A DNA stretch of 64,000 bases from the NCBI GenBank assembly GCA_001662655.1, contig KV460231.1, one strand, 5' to 3'. Position numbers and translations under genes: made by a program. The notes beneath the pieces were generated by a model, which saw only the letters and a list, made by a program, of their open reading frames with translations, had not been told where the DNA came from and did no database searches. This DNA comes from Pseudogymnoascus verrucosus. Taxonomy: Eukaryota. The stretch's first letter is position 1; each line of letters starts with the position of its first letter. Of the stretch, positions 25,675 through 37,094 are shown in pieces.

Positions 25675-27837
25675 TTATTTTCCAGCCAGTCTATTGAACT
25701 TCAGGGGAATAGCGTTGTCTTTAGACCCAAACGTAGCTGAAGATCCGAAACTTTTCTTTCCGCGGCTATATCCTCCATCTGCAGTCGTTTCCAAATCGGA
25801 AGCCCCATCGTCGTCAGTTTCGGCTGCAGCCAGCATCGCAAGGCGGTCTGGGTTGATCCCCGCCACGGCTATTTGGACAGTTTGAACCGAATTTTTGGGT
25901 GCTTTGTCGGAGTTGCTGCCCTGACGGTTTGGGTTTTGAGAGCCATTCGAAGAGTTCATACCACTTGGTGGGGAGACTTCCTCGGTCGCCGACGCCCACA
26001 ATGGCATATTGCTCGGAATAGCGACTGGATTCATAACAGTTGTTGATGTTGGGCCCCAGCCTGGTGGTGCAGGGGCTAGGGTTTTGTCCCACTGAGCCTG
26101 ACCATGGTCCCTGATGTTCGTAGAAGCACCCTCGTTGCTATTGAGCTTGGCTGCAGTGACGATTTGTAGGGTACGGTTATGGCCATGGGACTTTTCAATA
26201 TTGTCTCTCCATTCATTGAACGTGGTAGGAACAGGTTGGTATGGTGTATTAGCCACAGGCTCCCCCCATCCATCGGCTGCTGTAATAGCGGGCAGGTTCG
26301 TTGCATGAGCGACGGGCTCGCCCCAAGAATCAGCAAAACTCATTGGAGCTGATTTATCAGTCAGGGCTCCAGCTGGAGCGTTTTTTTCAGCAGACTTAGT
26401 CGTGAAGGAATTTGCAGGAGCCACATTGGAAACTTCAGTGCCCCAGTCCATGGCAGACGGTTGAATTGCAGAAGTTGCAGCACTGGCTCCCCATGGGTCG
26501 GCTGTGGTATCCATAGTGCTTTGAAGAAAAGGAAGCGCAGGTTCAGTGCTGGCGCCCCATGGGTCGGCTGTGGTATTCGCAGTGCTGCGAAGAGAAGGGA
26601 TGGCAGATTCAGTGCTGATGCCCCATGGGTCGGCTGCGGTATTTGCTGTTTTACCGATGCCCTCTGTGGTCGTAGAAGACAATCCATTCGTTGAAGTGCC
26701 TGTAATGGCTCCCCAAGCATTGCTTGTGTCTTCAGAAACTGGATCGGTGCGACTGGCAGAAGTTTTGTTCCAGGGATCGGAGTCGGTCACGGTTTGAACT
26801 TTCGTGACATTGGATGTACCAGAAACTCCCCATGCATTTGACGATGCGGTCGCGTTATTCACTGCGGAGCTCAGGCTTGGGGGGAGTGGGGTTGCAAAAG
26901 GGTCTTCATTGACGGACCAATCTGTAGCAGCTGCAACGACGGTGGTAACGACTTTCTTCGAGACTTCGGGCTCTCCCCACGCAGCTGCGGCTGAGTTGGA
27001 CTCGACAGTGGTCTCAGCAGCCGCGCCCCATGGGTCTGCAGCATTAGTAACAGTTGTCTTAGAAGAATCAGCAGCACCCGAGCCCCATGCTCCAGAGTTG
27101 GCTTTGGCGCCGGAGCCTTCATCGCTCGCCTTCGGATTGTTTGCTGCTTTGGCCGGAGTATCAACTTCCATAGCATCACCCCAAGCACTGGCGGCAGCAG
27201 AAGCATCTCCATTATTTTCATTTGCCTCGGTGCCCCATCCATCCCCTGATGGCGCAGGAGCAGTATCATTACCCCATCCATCAGCGACCCCAGCACCAGT
27301 ATCACCAGAAATTATAGCTCCGGCGTTACCAACGTTCAGGCGTCTCTCCTGGTCTTCGCGCCTCTTGACCTCTTCGGCTGCCTTTCTGCCATTGTCCCAT
27401 TCGGCCTTGGTTCCAAGGAATTTGAGACCGCGGATCCAGATTTTGTGGGTAGATCTCGTCAGTCTCGCCGTGGGCTGTCTATCGATGACGGCAATGGCAC
27501 CCTTCCTATCACGAAGGAAGAAGTGAAGTAACTTCTCTACCTCCTCGACAGGGATATCATGTGTATAGTCGGACTTGTGGAGGGCTCGATTCAAAGCAGT
27601 GGCCACATCCACGTATTTTAACTTGTCTGGATCGGCCACTTCTTTGGCTCTGCGAGAGTTGCGGCCCTTTTGGCGCGGAGCAGTGGAGTCGGAGAGCTTG
27701 GAGAATTCGTCTTTTTCTAAGCCGGTTCTGTGGATGTTGCGGATGATCAGGTTCATGAGGACGGTTGCTTCGAAGTCTGTCCATTTGTGGCGGGGGTGCT
27801 CATCTTTGGCCACCTGGCTGTTGGGTTGAGAAGCCAT
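25675..27837 (-). CDS. WG/GW-repeat protein with folded N-terminal domain (weakly Myb/SANT-like) and long disordered tail
   Basis: 720-aa intronless ORF; 15 WG dipeptides (DPWG, DGWG, AWG) in Ser/Thr/Ala/Asn-rich sequence; three 66-bp repeat units near 26480-26660. Confidence 0.8.
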   Translation of the reverse strand: MASQPNSQVAKDEHPRHKWTDFEATVLMNLIIRNIHRTGLEKDEFSKLSDSTAPRQKGRNSRRAKEVADPDKLKYVDVATALNRALHKSDYTHDIPVEEVEKLLHFFLRDRKGAIAVIDRQPTARLTRSTHKIWIRGLKFLGTKAEWDNGRKAAEEVKRREDQERRLNVGNAGAIISGDTGAGVADGWGNDTAPAPSGDGWGTEANENNGDASAAASAWGDAMEVDTPAKAANNPKASDEGSGAKANSGAWGSGAADSSKTTVTNAADPWGAAAETTVESNSAAAAWGEPEVSKKVVTTVVAAATDWSVNEDPFATPLPPSLSSAVNNATASSNAWGVSGTSNVTKVQTVTDSDPWNKTSASRTDPVSEDTSNAWGAITGTSTNGLSSTTTEGIGKTANTAADPWGISTESAIPSLRSTANTTADPWGASTEPALPFLQSTMDTTADPWGASAATSAIQPSAMDWGTEVSNVAPANSFTTKSAEKNAPAGALTDKSAPMSFADSWGEPVAHATNLPAITAADGWGEPVANTPYQPVPTTFNEWRDNIEKSHGHNRTLQIVTAAKLNSNEGASTNIRDHGQAQWDKTLAPAPPGWGPTSTTVMNPVAIPSNMPLWASATEEVSPPSGMNSSNGSQNPNRQGSNSDKAPKNSVQTVQIAVAGINPDRLAMLAAAETDDDGASDLETTADGGYSRGKKSFGSSATFGSKDNAIPLKFNRLAGK

Positions 27838-28631
27838 GATGGGTAATCGTGTTGTTTATATCAGGAGAGGGTGTCCGGTGATGTGAATAGAAGGAATTTG
27901 TGTCATTAGAAGCTGGAACTGGAAGGGGTTTAACCTCAGACCCGGCTTCGGGCTTCTGATAGCTTGTTTGGTCAGCTTCCTTGGAAGGAAGTGTTTGTTT
28001 TGAACGAGGTTGTTGAACGTACTACGAGTTCCTCGTCGTGACGAAGTAACCCATATGAAGAATGGAAAGGCACACAAAATGAGATTAAAGTAGGACACAA
28101 GATTGGTAAGTATCATGAGAATTTAAAGTGAAATCAGAGTTACCCTATGGAGCCCATTGTGGTGGGTTCAAGGGGCAGTATAACGTGTTATTGTTGACGC
28201 AGGCTGCTTTGACAATTGGGTTGTCTTGGAAAGGAGAAAAACATCTAAGCGCTTCCAGCATCTCTGTGACCTTCCACAGCAGAATCCATGGCAACGATAT
28301 ATTAGCAAAGTTCACTTACCGGTTGCTTTTTGAAAAGGCTCTGTAAGACCTTGTTTTCGTTGTCTTTCTTGTCTTCGGTTCCGGAACAAGGTCGTTCAAG
28401 GCGCAACGAAATAAGACGGATCTCAATATTAGACTAAAGACTGTCACAGATTGCTTTGATTTGTAGAATATACCAAGACTTTATTATAGTAAATGTATAG
28501 CCTATATAGTATCTATCAACCCCCAATTTGCTTGTTGCTTTAATGTCGTAAGCTATATTGAACAAAATATATCAGGCGCTGTACACCTCGGCAACATTCA
28601 TTCCAGTTTATAATCAACGCTCGATCCTGAT

Positions 28632-30481
28632 TTAATCCTTTTGAACAATCACCCACAAATCGCCATCGAACAAGCTGGCTCTGCCATCGCTATCATCTTC
28701 AAGGGTATCTTTAATATGCCGATCGATCTTTCTCATGGCTTCTTCAACTCTTTTATTTTTCAAAGCAGCCATCGTAGCTGCTCGTATCCTGTCTTTGCGA
28801 ACTGAGTTCTGTCAGTATCTTTGTCTCAACTTCTTGGGATGCAACTACTCACAATTTAATATCACCTCAACATCTATTTCAAACTCGCGTGAGGTACCTC
28901 CCCTTTCCATCATTACCATGGCAAGATACTCCCACGGCTTTGGGAACACCTTCCCTTGCTTCTCCAAAATAGTCGCCGGAAACACAAACCTCGATGCCAA
29001 TATTCGAACAACCTCCTTGAGCCGATTCACCTGCTCACGCGATTGTTCTCTCTTCCATTTCTCTATATCGAAGCCGTTGCAGCTGCGCCCTTGTTCCTGT
29101 AGATCCAGACAGGAGACATAGCGATCGGCGAGCTCCATGAGGCGAAAGCGGTACTCGAGGTGTGCGGTCACCCTGTGGAGTCGGGAGAGACAGCAATCTG
29201 GGTTATTCTCTACTTTATGGATCAACGCACTCAGCAGTGCTTCTGACTGATCGTCTGCCAAGCCTGGCAGAGAGCGTCGGTATGCGTCGATAAGTGGCAA
29301 TAATTTTCGACGGGTTGACACAGTGTAGTGTGCTGGTTGTTGAGACTGAGAAGACCCCGCCAGGCTTTCCAGCCTGTTGAGCAATTCCGCAGGAAGCTCG
29401 TTACCGACAGGATTGGTGGGCAGAGCCAGGAGAGAAGACGAAGACACTGAGGGTTGACCATATGGAGAGAGGCTGCGGAGGGAGTACCAGGCTTCTTCCA
29501 ACTTGTACAGTGGGTTGCCCCGGCGTTTGTCAAAGTCTATTTCCCATGCATCGGTGTCGGGATCGAAATTTACCCCCCAGCATTTGACGCGTCCGCCTAT
29601 GAGTGAATCATATACAGCATTAATCAACTCTGGTATAAGTCTCTCTTCCATTCTCTTGTCGCCGGGATCCCTAGGGATCGTGAGCTCCTTGAAGGCTGGC
29701 GAGCTCAGGACTTCGATCATCCACACACTCCCACACGTTTTACCTCGACCTTCGTCCGCCAGGCGACGCTGAGTGAATGGATAACGGTTCAGTGGGCGAT
29801 TCATAAGAAGGCGCGAAGGTACGACCAACCAGCCTCCTTCCCTACCAGAGAATGGATTAGGCGTCACTAGCCCGGCGTCGACAGCGCCCATAGTCCAAAG
29901 GCGAAATTGATCCGAATTGAAGGTGTGGTTGTGAAGATGGATCCCTCCGTGTTTCATGGATCCATGCCCAATCAGTATTATCAAAATGGGTTCTCTGCAT
30001 TCCATTCCATCCTGCACCTCGATATCGAGTGTGTCTTTGAGCTCATCCCGGAGGGATTTGGGGTTGACGACCTTCACATCGTTCATATATCCACGTTGGA
30101 TCATAGTCCTATCGAGAACAATTCTGCGGGTTCCTTTTATATCCGCTGCCTCTATGTCAGTATGTCTTCTCTATTCCATGATTCTGCAGAGAAGAGAGTC
30201 TTACGATATGTGAGCAGGCTGTAGTTATCTACTATACGGTTAGGAGCGACGGAAGTTATCCATTTCTGTTGGACGCCTTGCCCCGCCAATAAATGATGCA
30301 AGAGATAGAACTGAGCATGATACCAGCCGTCTTTAGATGGATCTGACGGGACGGCTCCATGCTCGTCGTGTACGGAAGATATTCCACAAATCCCCACGAC
30401 ACGAGTGCCGGGAGAGACATCTGGAGGACTGAGGATAGGGAACTCGTATGACGTCGAGAAGATCGTCGGAGTGAAAGGCAT
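28632..30481 (-). CDS. Uncharacterised protein with clan-CD (caspase/legumain-like) N-terminal region and helical C-terminal domain
   Basis: Introns 30152-30204 and 28802-28852 give a continuous frame; beta-strand + HG motif ILIILIGHG; C-terminal QGKVFPKPWEYLA. Confidence 0.7.
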
Positions 30482-31737
30482 GATGCCTCTCTCTCCAGTT
30501 CCGTTCTTTAAAAATCAAAGTATATCGTTTTCGAAAACTGTGGTTAGTATCAATATGAGAACTGGTTTGGATGTTGGGCGGCAGGGGAAGGATGGAATAC
30601 GAATTCTGGGGGTTGTAAAGAATGTAGGTGCCTGCCTCTGTGACAGACTATGATTCCCGTGCCTGTCTGATTCAAACCCTTGGTTTACACGCCATAAGTG
30701 TTAATATACTAAAGTCATACGTTAAGTCAGAGTAGGCCGCGTCTGCATCGTAAGGTTTGCGATGGCGCCCGCTGTCATAAGTGTGAGTGGACCATAACTC
30801 CGCACCCCAACCATGGTTGGTCGTATCAGGCACAACACCCCATACAAACGATATTCAAAAAGTTAAAAGTGCAAAAGACTCACCAAATCTCATGTTGAGA
30901 TCTGATGAGGAGAAAATCACTTGATTTTACTTTGTAGAGTTAGATTAAGAATATTTTTTTATTTGTTGTCGGTTGCTGGAAGTCGAATTGGTGACCTTTT
31001 TTATTCATTTCCTTGCCCTGGCCAGATTGTCCAGACAGTGGTACTTCCACTGCGCCACTGTGCCGCTTGATTTAAAGATGGCTACAGTTGGCTTATAAGG
31101 CTTGGGTTTGTTTGGTTTGTTGGGGGGATGGGGTTGGGGATGTGTTGGCTGGGTTCCCCATGCTCTGGCTTGCTTTATTGAACACTGACAACTACTCGCG
31201 CCACTAGAGAGTCTAAAGGGGGTCCATAGATGGCTGGAAATAAATATTAGTTCTTTATTATTACGAAATGTACCCTTTGACTGTATTTATGACTCTTTAA
31301 AAACGTCATAATATAACCATGATATGATAATTATAGTCTTGACTAAAAAACCACCTTTATTTTAGTTGCCGTTTATTTAAACGCCAGCTTTTTTAGGGCC
31401 TTTATGGCCACAATATAGCCCTGCGTTACTGAGAATCTTTGTTCTAGTTATAGTCACTGTTAACATTGACTATTATTCAAGGTGTCTCTGACGATTTTTG
31501 CCGTACTAGTATTCAGAAAATAGATCATACAAAATAATAATCCAATATTTCTATTAATCCCCTTAGTCTTCTCTATCAGTACCGTTCGCTCTACTGCTAC
31601 CAAAACGCTCTCTTATCTATCAATGTAGTCCAAATACTTCTTTCTATACGTGTGCCGATTCCAAACAAGTTCCACATAATTCCAACCCAATCAAATCCCA
31701 ATATATCCAAGCTTCTATGTCTAGTCTAAAATCCAGT

Positions 31738-33066
31738 TTATAAACCGTTCAACTCCTCCAGTATCTCCTGGAACAATGGCCTTTCCTCCACCACCGGCCT
31801 CGTGCAGCGGTAATGGAGTTCGTTCAGTTCCTCCTCTATGAATGCCTCTTTCTCGCCGAAGACCTCGGGATCGAGCAGGCTGAGCATATCTTCTATGAGG
31901 TGGCCAAATGCGTACACCTCGAGCTTCTCAATAGCTTCAGAGTGCACATGTGTTTTGCTGTATACCGTGGCAGCACCGAAATCCCCGAGGAGCGCGTGCC
32001 CAGCTTCGTCAATCAGGATGTTATGCGCGTACAAGTCGCCATGTGTGATACCACTCTTGTGCAAATGTGCGGCTGCTGAGGCAATCGATACTAGAATGTT
32101 CTTGCACTTCTGAATCGTGAAGTACTTCCCAGGTGTGAAGTTGTCGCGTGTGCATGTCTGGAGCGAAGGAGGCAACCCCAAGTTCTCGAAGTGGGGAGGG
32201 ATGAGCTCGAGCACCAGCCCGCGCTGGTCATCGGGATGGCCGTGAACCTTCCCAATCGTGCTGATAAGATTCGAGTGCGTGCCTGCCGCCATACAGGCTG
32301 CCATTTCATCAATTGGCGACCCATCAGATGTGACCTCGCCCTTGAAAAGCTTGACGGCCACCTGCTTCGATTCGCTGTCGGCGTTTGTGGTCCAAAGGCC
32401 ACGTGAAATAACGCCAGATGCGCCTTCTCCAAGAAGCTCTTTGATCTGCAGTTCTTCCCAAGCAACCAAGCTGAGCACGGGGTTGTCAATAACAGTCTCG
32501 GTCTGAAGACAAGGGTTGCCAGCAAACGCCATGAACGACAACTCCGGCATAGTAAAGAGCCACAATGGTAGCTCTCCCAGTTTGTTTGCCGATAGACGTA
32601 ACAAGCCAAGTTTCTTGCAATTAGCCATCTCCTCAGGCAAGCTTTTGAGTTGGTTTCCAGCCAGCATGCACTTCTGAAGACGGTGGCATTGCCCGATGCT
32701 ACGAGGTAGCTCACCGATGAGGTTATTCGTCAAGATCAACCATCTCAGATTCGGAGGAAGCGAGCCCTCAGGAATCGTCTTCATGCCATTGCCCTTGAAG
32801 GCGACCATCTCGAGCGAACGACATTCCGCCAGCTGCTTTGGGAAAGCGGTGAAGCTGCAGTCTGAGAAGAAGGCGATCTTGAGATTGTGCAGGCGGCCGA
32901 AATCAGATGGGAGTTCTGAAAGGGAAGAATTGCCAGAGAGATCTAAGATTTCCAGCGATCGGGAGAGCTTGAAGATTTCCCGGGGGAACGTGGCAATTCC
33001 AGATGCGATCTTGAGGCGCTTGGTGCCGCGATACTCTCCGGAACGGAGGCCTTCAAGAGATTGCAT
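31738..33066 (-). CDS. LRR + Ser/Thr protein kinase, bacterial-type architecture
   Basis: N-terminal LRRs (LEILDLSGN, LRWLILTNN, LQKCMLAGN); kinase motifs LGEGASG, VAVKLFKG, HGDLYAHNIL, LGDFGAA; intronless. Confidence 0.9.
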   Translation of the reverse strand: MQSLEGLRSGEYRGTKRLKIASGIATFPREIFKLSRSLEILDLSGNSSLSELPSDFGRLHNLKIAFFSDCSFTAFPKQLAECRSLEMVAFKGNGMKTIPEGSLPPNLRWLILTNNLIGELPRSIGQCHRLQKCMLAGNQLKSLPEEMANCKKLGLLRLSANKLGELPLWLFTMPELSFMAFAGNPCLQTETVIDNPVLSLVAWEELQIKELLGEGASGVISRGLWTTNADSESKQVAVKLFKGEVTSDGSPIDEMAACMAAGTHSNLISTIGKVHGHPDDQRGLVLELIPPHFENLGLPPSLQTCTRDNFTPGKYFTIQKCKNILVSIASAAAHLHKSGITHGDLYAHNILIDEAGHALLGDFGAATVYSKTHVHSEAIEKLEVYAFGHLIEDMLSLLDPEVFGEKEAFIEEELNELHYRCTRPVVEERPLFQEILEELNGL

Positions 33067-33921
33067 GGTGCTTTTACACCTCACCAACGGATCTATTCAG
33101 ATGTAAGTTTGTGTTCGAGTTGGCATAGGACTTGTGCTTACCAACCAGACTACGACTTCAAATATCTCACAATTACTCGTAACACAGGAGTTCAGAAGTT
33201 CCAAAAATAGAAAGTGGGCTCTCCATCTTTGGGTGGATAAGATAAGCCGGCATGGGAAATATTTACTCCGAATCAGGTGATAGCACGATTTCTAATGTGG
33301 ATATGTGGATATTTAGCCCCTGAGATTCTCAAGAATCCGATCATCCCCTTTTTTTTTAGCATTAAGATACAGCTCATATTATAGTAGGGCTGATGAGCCG
33401 CATTTTTAAAGTATTGTATGCCTATAATCACTCGAGTTTCTGCGTAATTTAGTCCGAAGCCGCCGTTGTCGGCACCAGAGCGCGATACGTAAACAATTCC
33501 TGAAATAATGTCCCAGATACAGGCTCAATCTTTCAATCACTTATAACATAAACTTCCCTCTAAATTCCTAATAACAAATTTACGTATGTTGTGGACCCTG
33601 ACCCAAAAAATGGCTATCAAAAATGGAAAGGCCAGGTAAGGTCATCATCACCAAAGTGCACGGCTCATGCATGAATATCTCTGGTACCACCAAAACTTAA
33701 AACCTTCACGTTCGGCAAGGGTGCAACTTTAATCCGAGCAACGTTCCCCGTATCCTTACCTAGGCCCTCATTCGGAAGTCTACCTACCAACCCATCGAGC
33801 TCATATTACGCCCAAAGTCGGGGATGCTACTTCTTGCTTTACCTCTCAGTTGTGGATGTTAAAGATAGTAGAGGCATCTGGCCTCTCGGTACCCCCTCCC
33901 CGTTCCTAATTTGGCAGCCCG

Positions 33922-36900
33922 ATGTCTTGGGATTTGCTGAAGCGGTTCATCGAGAGCGATGTCTTTAACCAAAACCCCTTCCTCTCCGTAGCATATCTTT
34001 CGTAAGTGCCCCCGCAATTGGCTTTTCAGTGATAGCAGCTCTGACTGATTTTCCCCAACCAGACGATACGCGGATCATGTCGGAATTACCTACGTCCTGT
34101 GCTCGAAGTTGCGCCAGTTCAGTTATGAGGAGATTGAGTTCTTCTTACCACAACTATGCCACCTAATAATAAGTCTGGACAATGAGTCGATGGCATTGGA
34201 AGAGTTTATTTTGGATTTATGCGAAGAATCTGTGAATGGCGCGTTGCTTGCAAGTCAACCCCCCGATCTTTACCCCTCAATACGCGCGACTGACTGGAAG
34301 TAGACTTTCTGGCTCTTCCAAACGTACCTTCACGATTTATCGAGCAACCCTCAATCGACGGCTTTCAAGACATGCAGGAGGATATACAACAAAGTCCAGC
34401 GGATCGTCTTCGGCGTGACGGACACGGCGCGGGTGGAGAAAATTAAGGAGAACACGTTGCCCGTCACGGTTCTGGCAAGTTTTGTACTGGCCAGCATCGG
34501 CATGCCTGGGCTTCCCAGATGGGCTGGACCACTGGCGATATCACAGGCGCGAAAACCGCAAGAAAGTGAAGCAACTGTATCGGATTCAAGCCAGACGCAA
34601 AAATTAGCAAGGAGCCATACGGTAGCAGGGAGTGGAAGCCGGCAAAGGAGGCCGAGGGATTCCCTAAGAGCAGCGAGCGCCACTGACACGAGGGTGGGAG
34701 GAGAATCGGACACAAAAGCCCCTCGAGGAGCATCATTGGAGGCTAGGCCGCCATCGTCACAGTCAACCCGCAAATCCGCCCTAGATCGAAGCACGAAACG
34801 GCCATCACAATTTACATTACAACCTCCAGATGCGCAATCGAGCACGATATCTTTGCCATTACCAGAGCCAAGCTCACCGAAATCTGTGGCCCGCCCTCTC
34901 ACGCCGCTCTCTGCCCGATTTGGCCCACGGCCAGATATACCACATAGGCGGCATACCCACCAGGTCAGGCCGTTATCCCCTTCGGTCCTCAATACCCGTC
35001 AGAAAGGAAAGCTTCTTCGGCAAAATTACTTTAGGAGTGAGATCCAATTTTTGACTGCCTTGGAAAACATCTCCACTCGGCTTATAATGGTACCGAAGGC
35101 GGCCCGGCTAAGCGCTTTACGCGCCGAGCTCGTTATGATCGCTCAAGATCTGCCAGCAGAGGTTGATATCCCGGTCATATGCCCGGCGACTCTCGTTGAT
35201 GGGGTTCCAAGCAAAAGCAAGCATCACAGAATTGTTCGGCTGAACCCTACTGAATGCACTGTTCTGAACAGTGCCGAAAAAGTTCCGTATCTCCTAATGG
35301 TGGAGGTCCTACGGGATGATTTCACGTTCGACCCTGAAGCGTCAGAAAACGATGCATTATTGAAGAAGCTCCTTGCAGAGCAGGGCACAAGTAGAAGGCG
35401 GATATTTGACCTTCAAGATGCACCACGACTACCCACTGTTGAGGCCCAGCAACCTAAGTCAGTACCTGACAGTGTTTTTGAACCAGTTCAGGGTGACCTT
35501 GGAACATCTCCTGCGATACAAGGGGAAGATGAAGGGCACATTCCGGCGGTGCCAGACCTCATTAGAAGCACCTCAACAGTATCCAGTCCCTCGACAGCCA
35601 CACAATCCACTGTCCAATCAATAACCTCTTCGCATCCAACACCACGGACGTCTGGAACCTCCAACTCTGGATCAAACAGCCCGGGCCAACCCCGAAAGTC
35701 GACCCTACCTCTCCACAGCCGACCAAGCGGTTCGGACCAACCCAACTACCCAGCATTGGCGACTCACATCCGAACAGCGGCCCAAATGCTGACACAACTG
35801 GAATCCACGAGTGGCAAGCGGCCGCGGAGCGAAGTCGATGCCATCCGAGCAAAAATTATCGCAAGTATGCAAAGCTTGGAGGAGCAAAGTTTTGGCAACC
35901 ACGATACACCCACTTTCGATACGATAATGGCCAACGCAAATGCAGCGCCGGTTAACAACGATGATGAAGATGTTGAAGGTCTAGCGCTGGAACTGGTCAC
36001 CACTGGAGCTGGCGCTGCCCGAATGGAGAACGATGAGAAAACCGGTGGTGTGCAAAGAAAGGGAGACCGGGACGATCCAAGTGCAGCCATGTTCGGTGAG
36101 GCTTGGTCGGAGAAAAAGGAACGCATCAGAAAGTCTTCACCATATGGTTGGATGTCGAATTGGGATCTCATCAGTGTCATCGTGAAGACTGGAGATGATC
36201 TGAGGCAAGAAGCGTTTGCTTGCCAGCTGATTCAAGTTTGTGATAAAATATGGCAGGATGCTGGCACTCCTGTGTGGGTCAAGCGGATGCGTATTTTGGT
36301 GACGGGTGAATCTTCTGGCCTTATCGAAACGATTACCAATGGTGTCTCTTTGCATTCAATCAAGCGCAGTTTGACACTGGCGACTATTGAAGCCGGAAAC
36401 AACCCACGAGGCAGGATAGCCACACTACGTGACCATTTTATAAAGGCATTTGGCGACCCAGAGGGGGAGCAGTACAAGGCAGCCGCCACGGAATTCAAGC
36501 GGTCACTTGCGGCATACAGTATCATCTCGTATGTCCTGCAACTCAAGGATCGACATAACGGCAATGTCCTCATCGATAACGAGGGGCATATTGTTCACAT
36601 TGACTTCGGATTTATGTTGTCTAATTCTCCTGGATCGGTCGGCTTCGAGGCGGCTCCATTTAAGCTCACACAAGATTATGTGGATGTCTTGGGGGGAGTA
36701 AACTCTGCAGAGTTCCAGGATTATAAGGTGTTATGCAAGCAAGCTTTCCAAGGTATGATTACTCCAGTGATTTGAAGGTCCAGTACTGATCATAGGCAGC
36801 TCTACGACGCTCTGCAGATAACATCATTGACCTCGTCAGCCTAATGGGCCACGGCTCCAAAATGCCATGTTTCCAATATGGTGTTCTCCAGGCCACAAAT

Positions 36901-37094
36901 ATGCTGCGCCAACGGTTCCAGCTCCAGTTGAGTGCTGACGAGGCGGAGAAGTTTGTTGAGACAGACTTGATTGCCAAGTCGCTAGGAAGCTATTATACAC
37001 GATTGTACGGCCACACTCTCCACTTCCAAATATAACTTACTAACCTTCTGGTAGATACGACACATACCAATACCGGACACAGGGTATATACTAG
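33922..37094 (+). CDS. PIK1: Phosphatidylinositol 4-kinase type III beta
   Basis: EIEFFLPQLCHL, VLNSAEKVPYLL, VKTGDDLRQE, LKDRHNGNVL, HIDFGF, FEAAPFKLT; introns 34002-34062, 34250-34303 (GC-AG), 36753-36799, 37005-37054. Confidence 0.96.

Noticed and set aside
30152..30154. Premature TAG suggesting pseudogene or A-to-I stop correction
   Set aside because: It is the acceptor of canonical intron 30152-30204.
30850..31730. AT-rich stretch as MITE, Helitron or RIP relic
   Set aside because: No convincing terminal repeats, target duplication or coding remnant visible.
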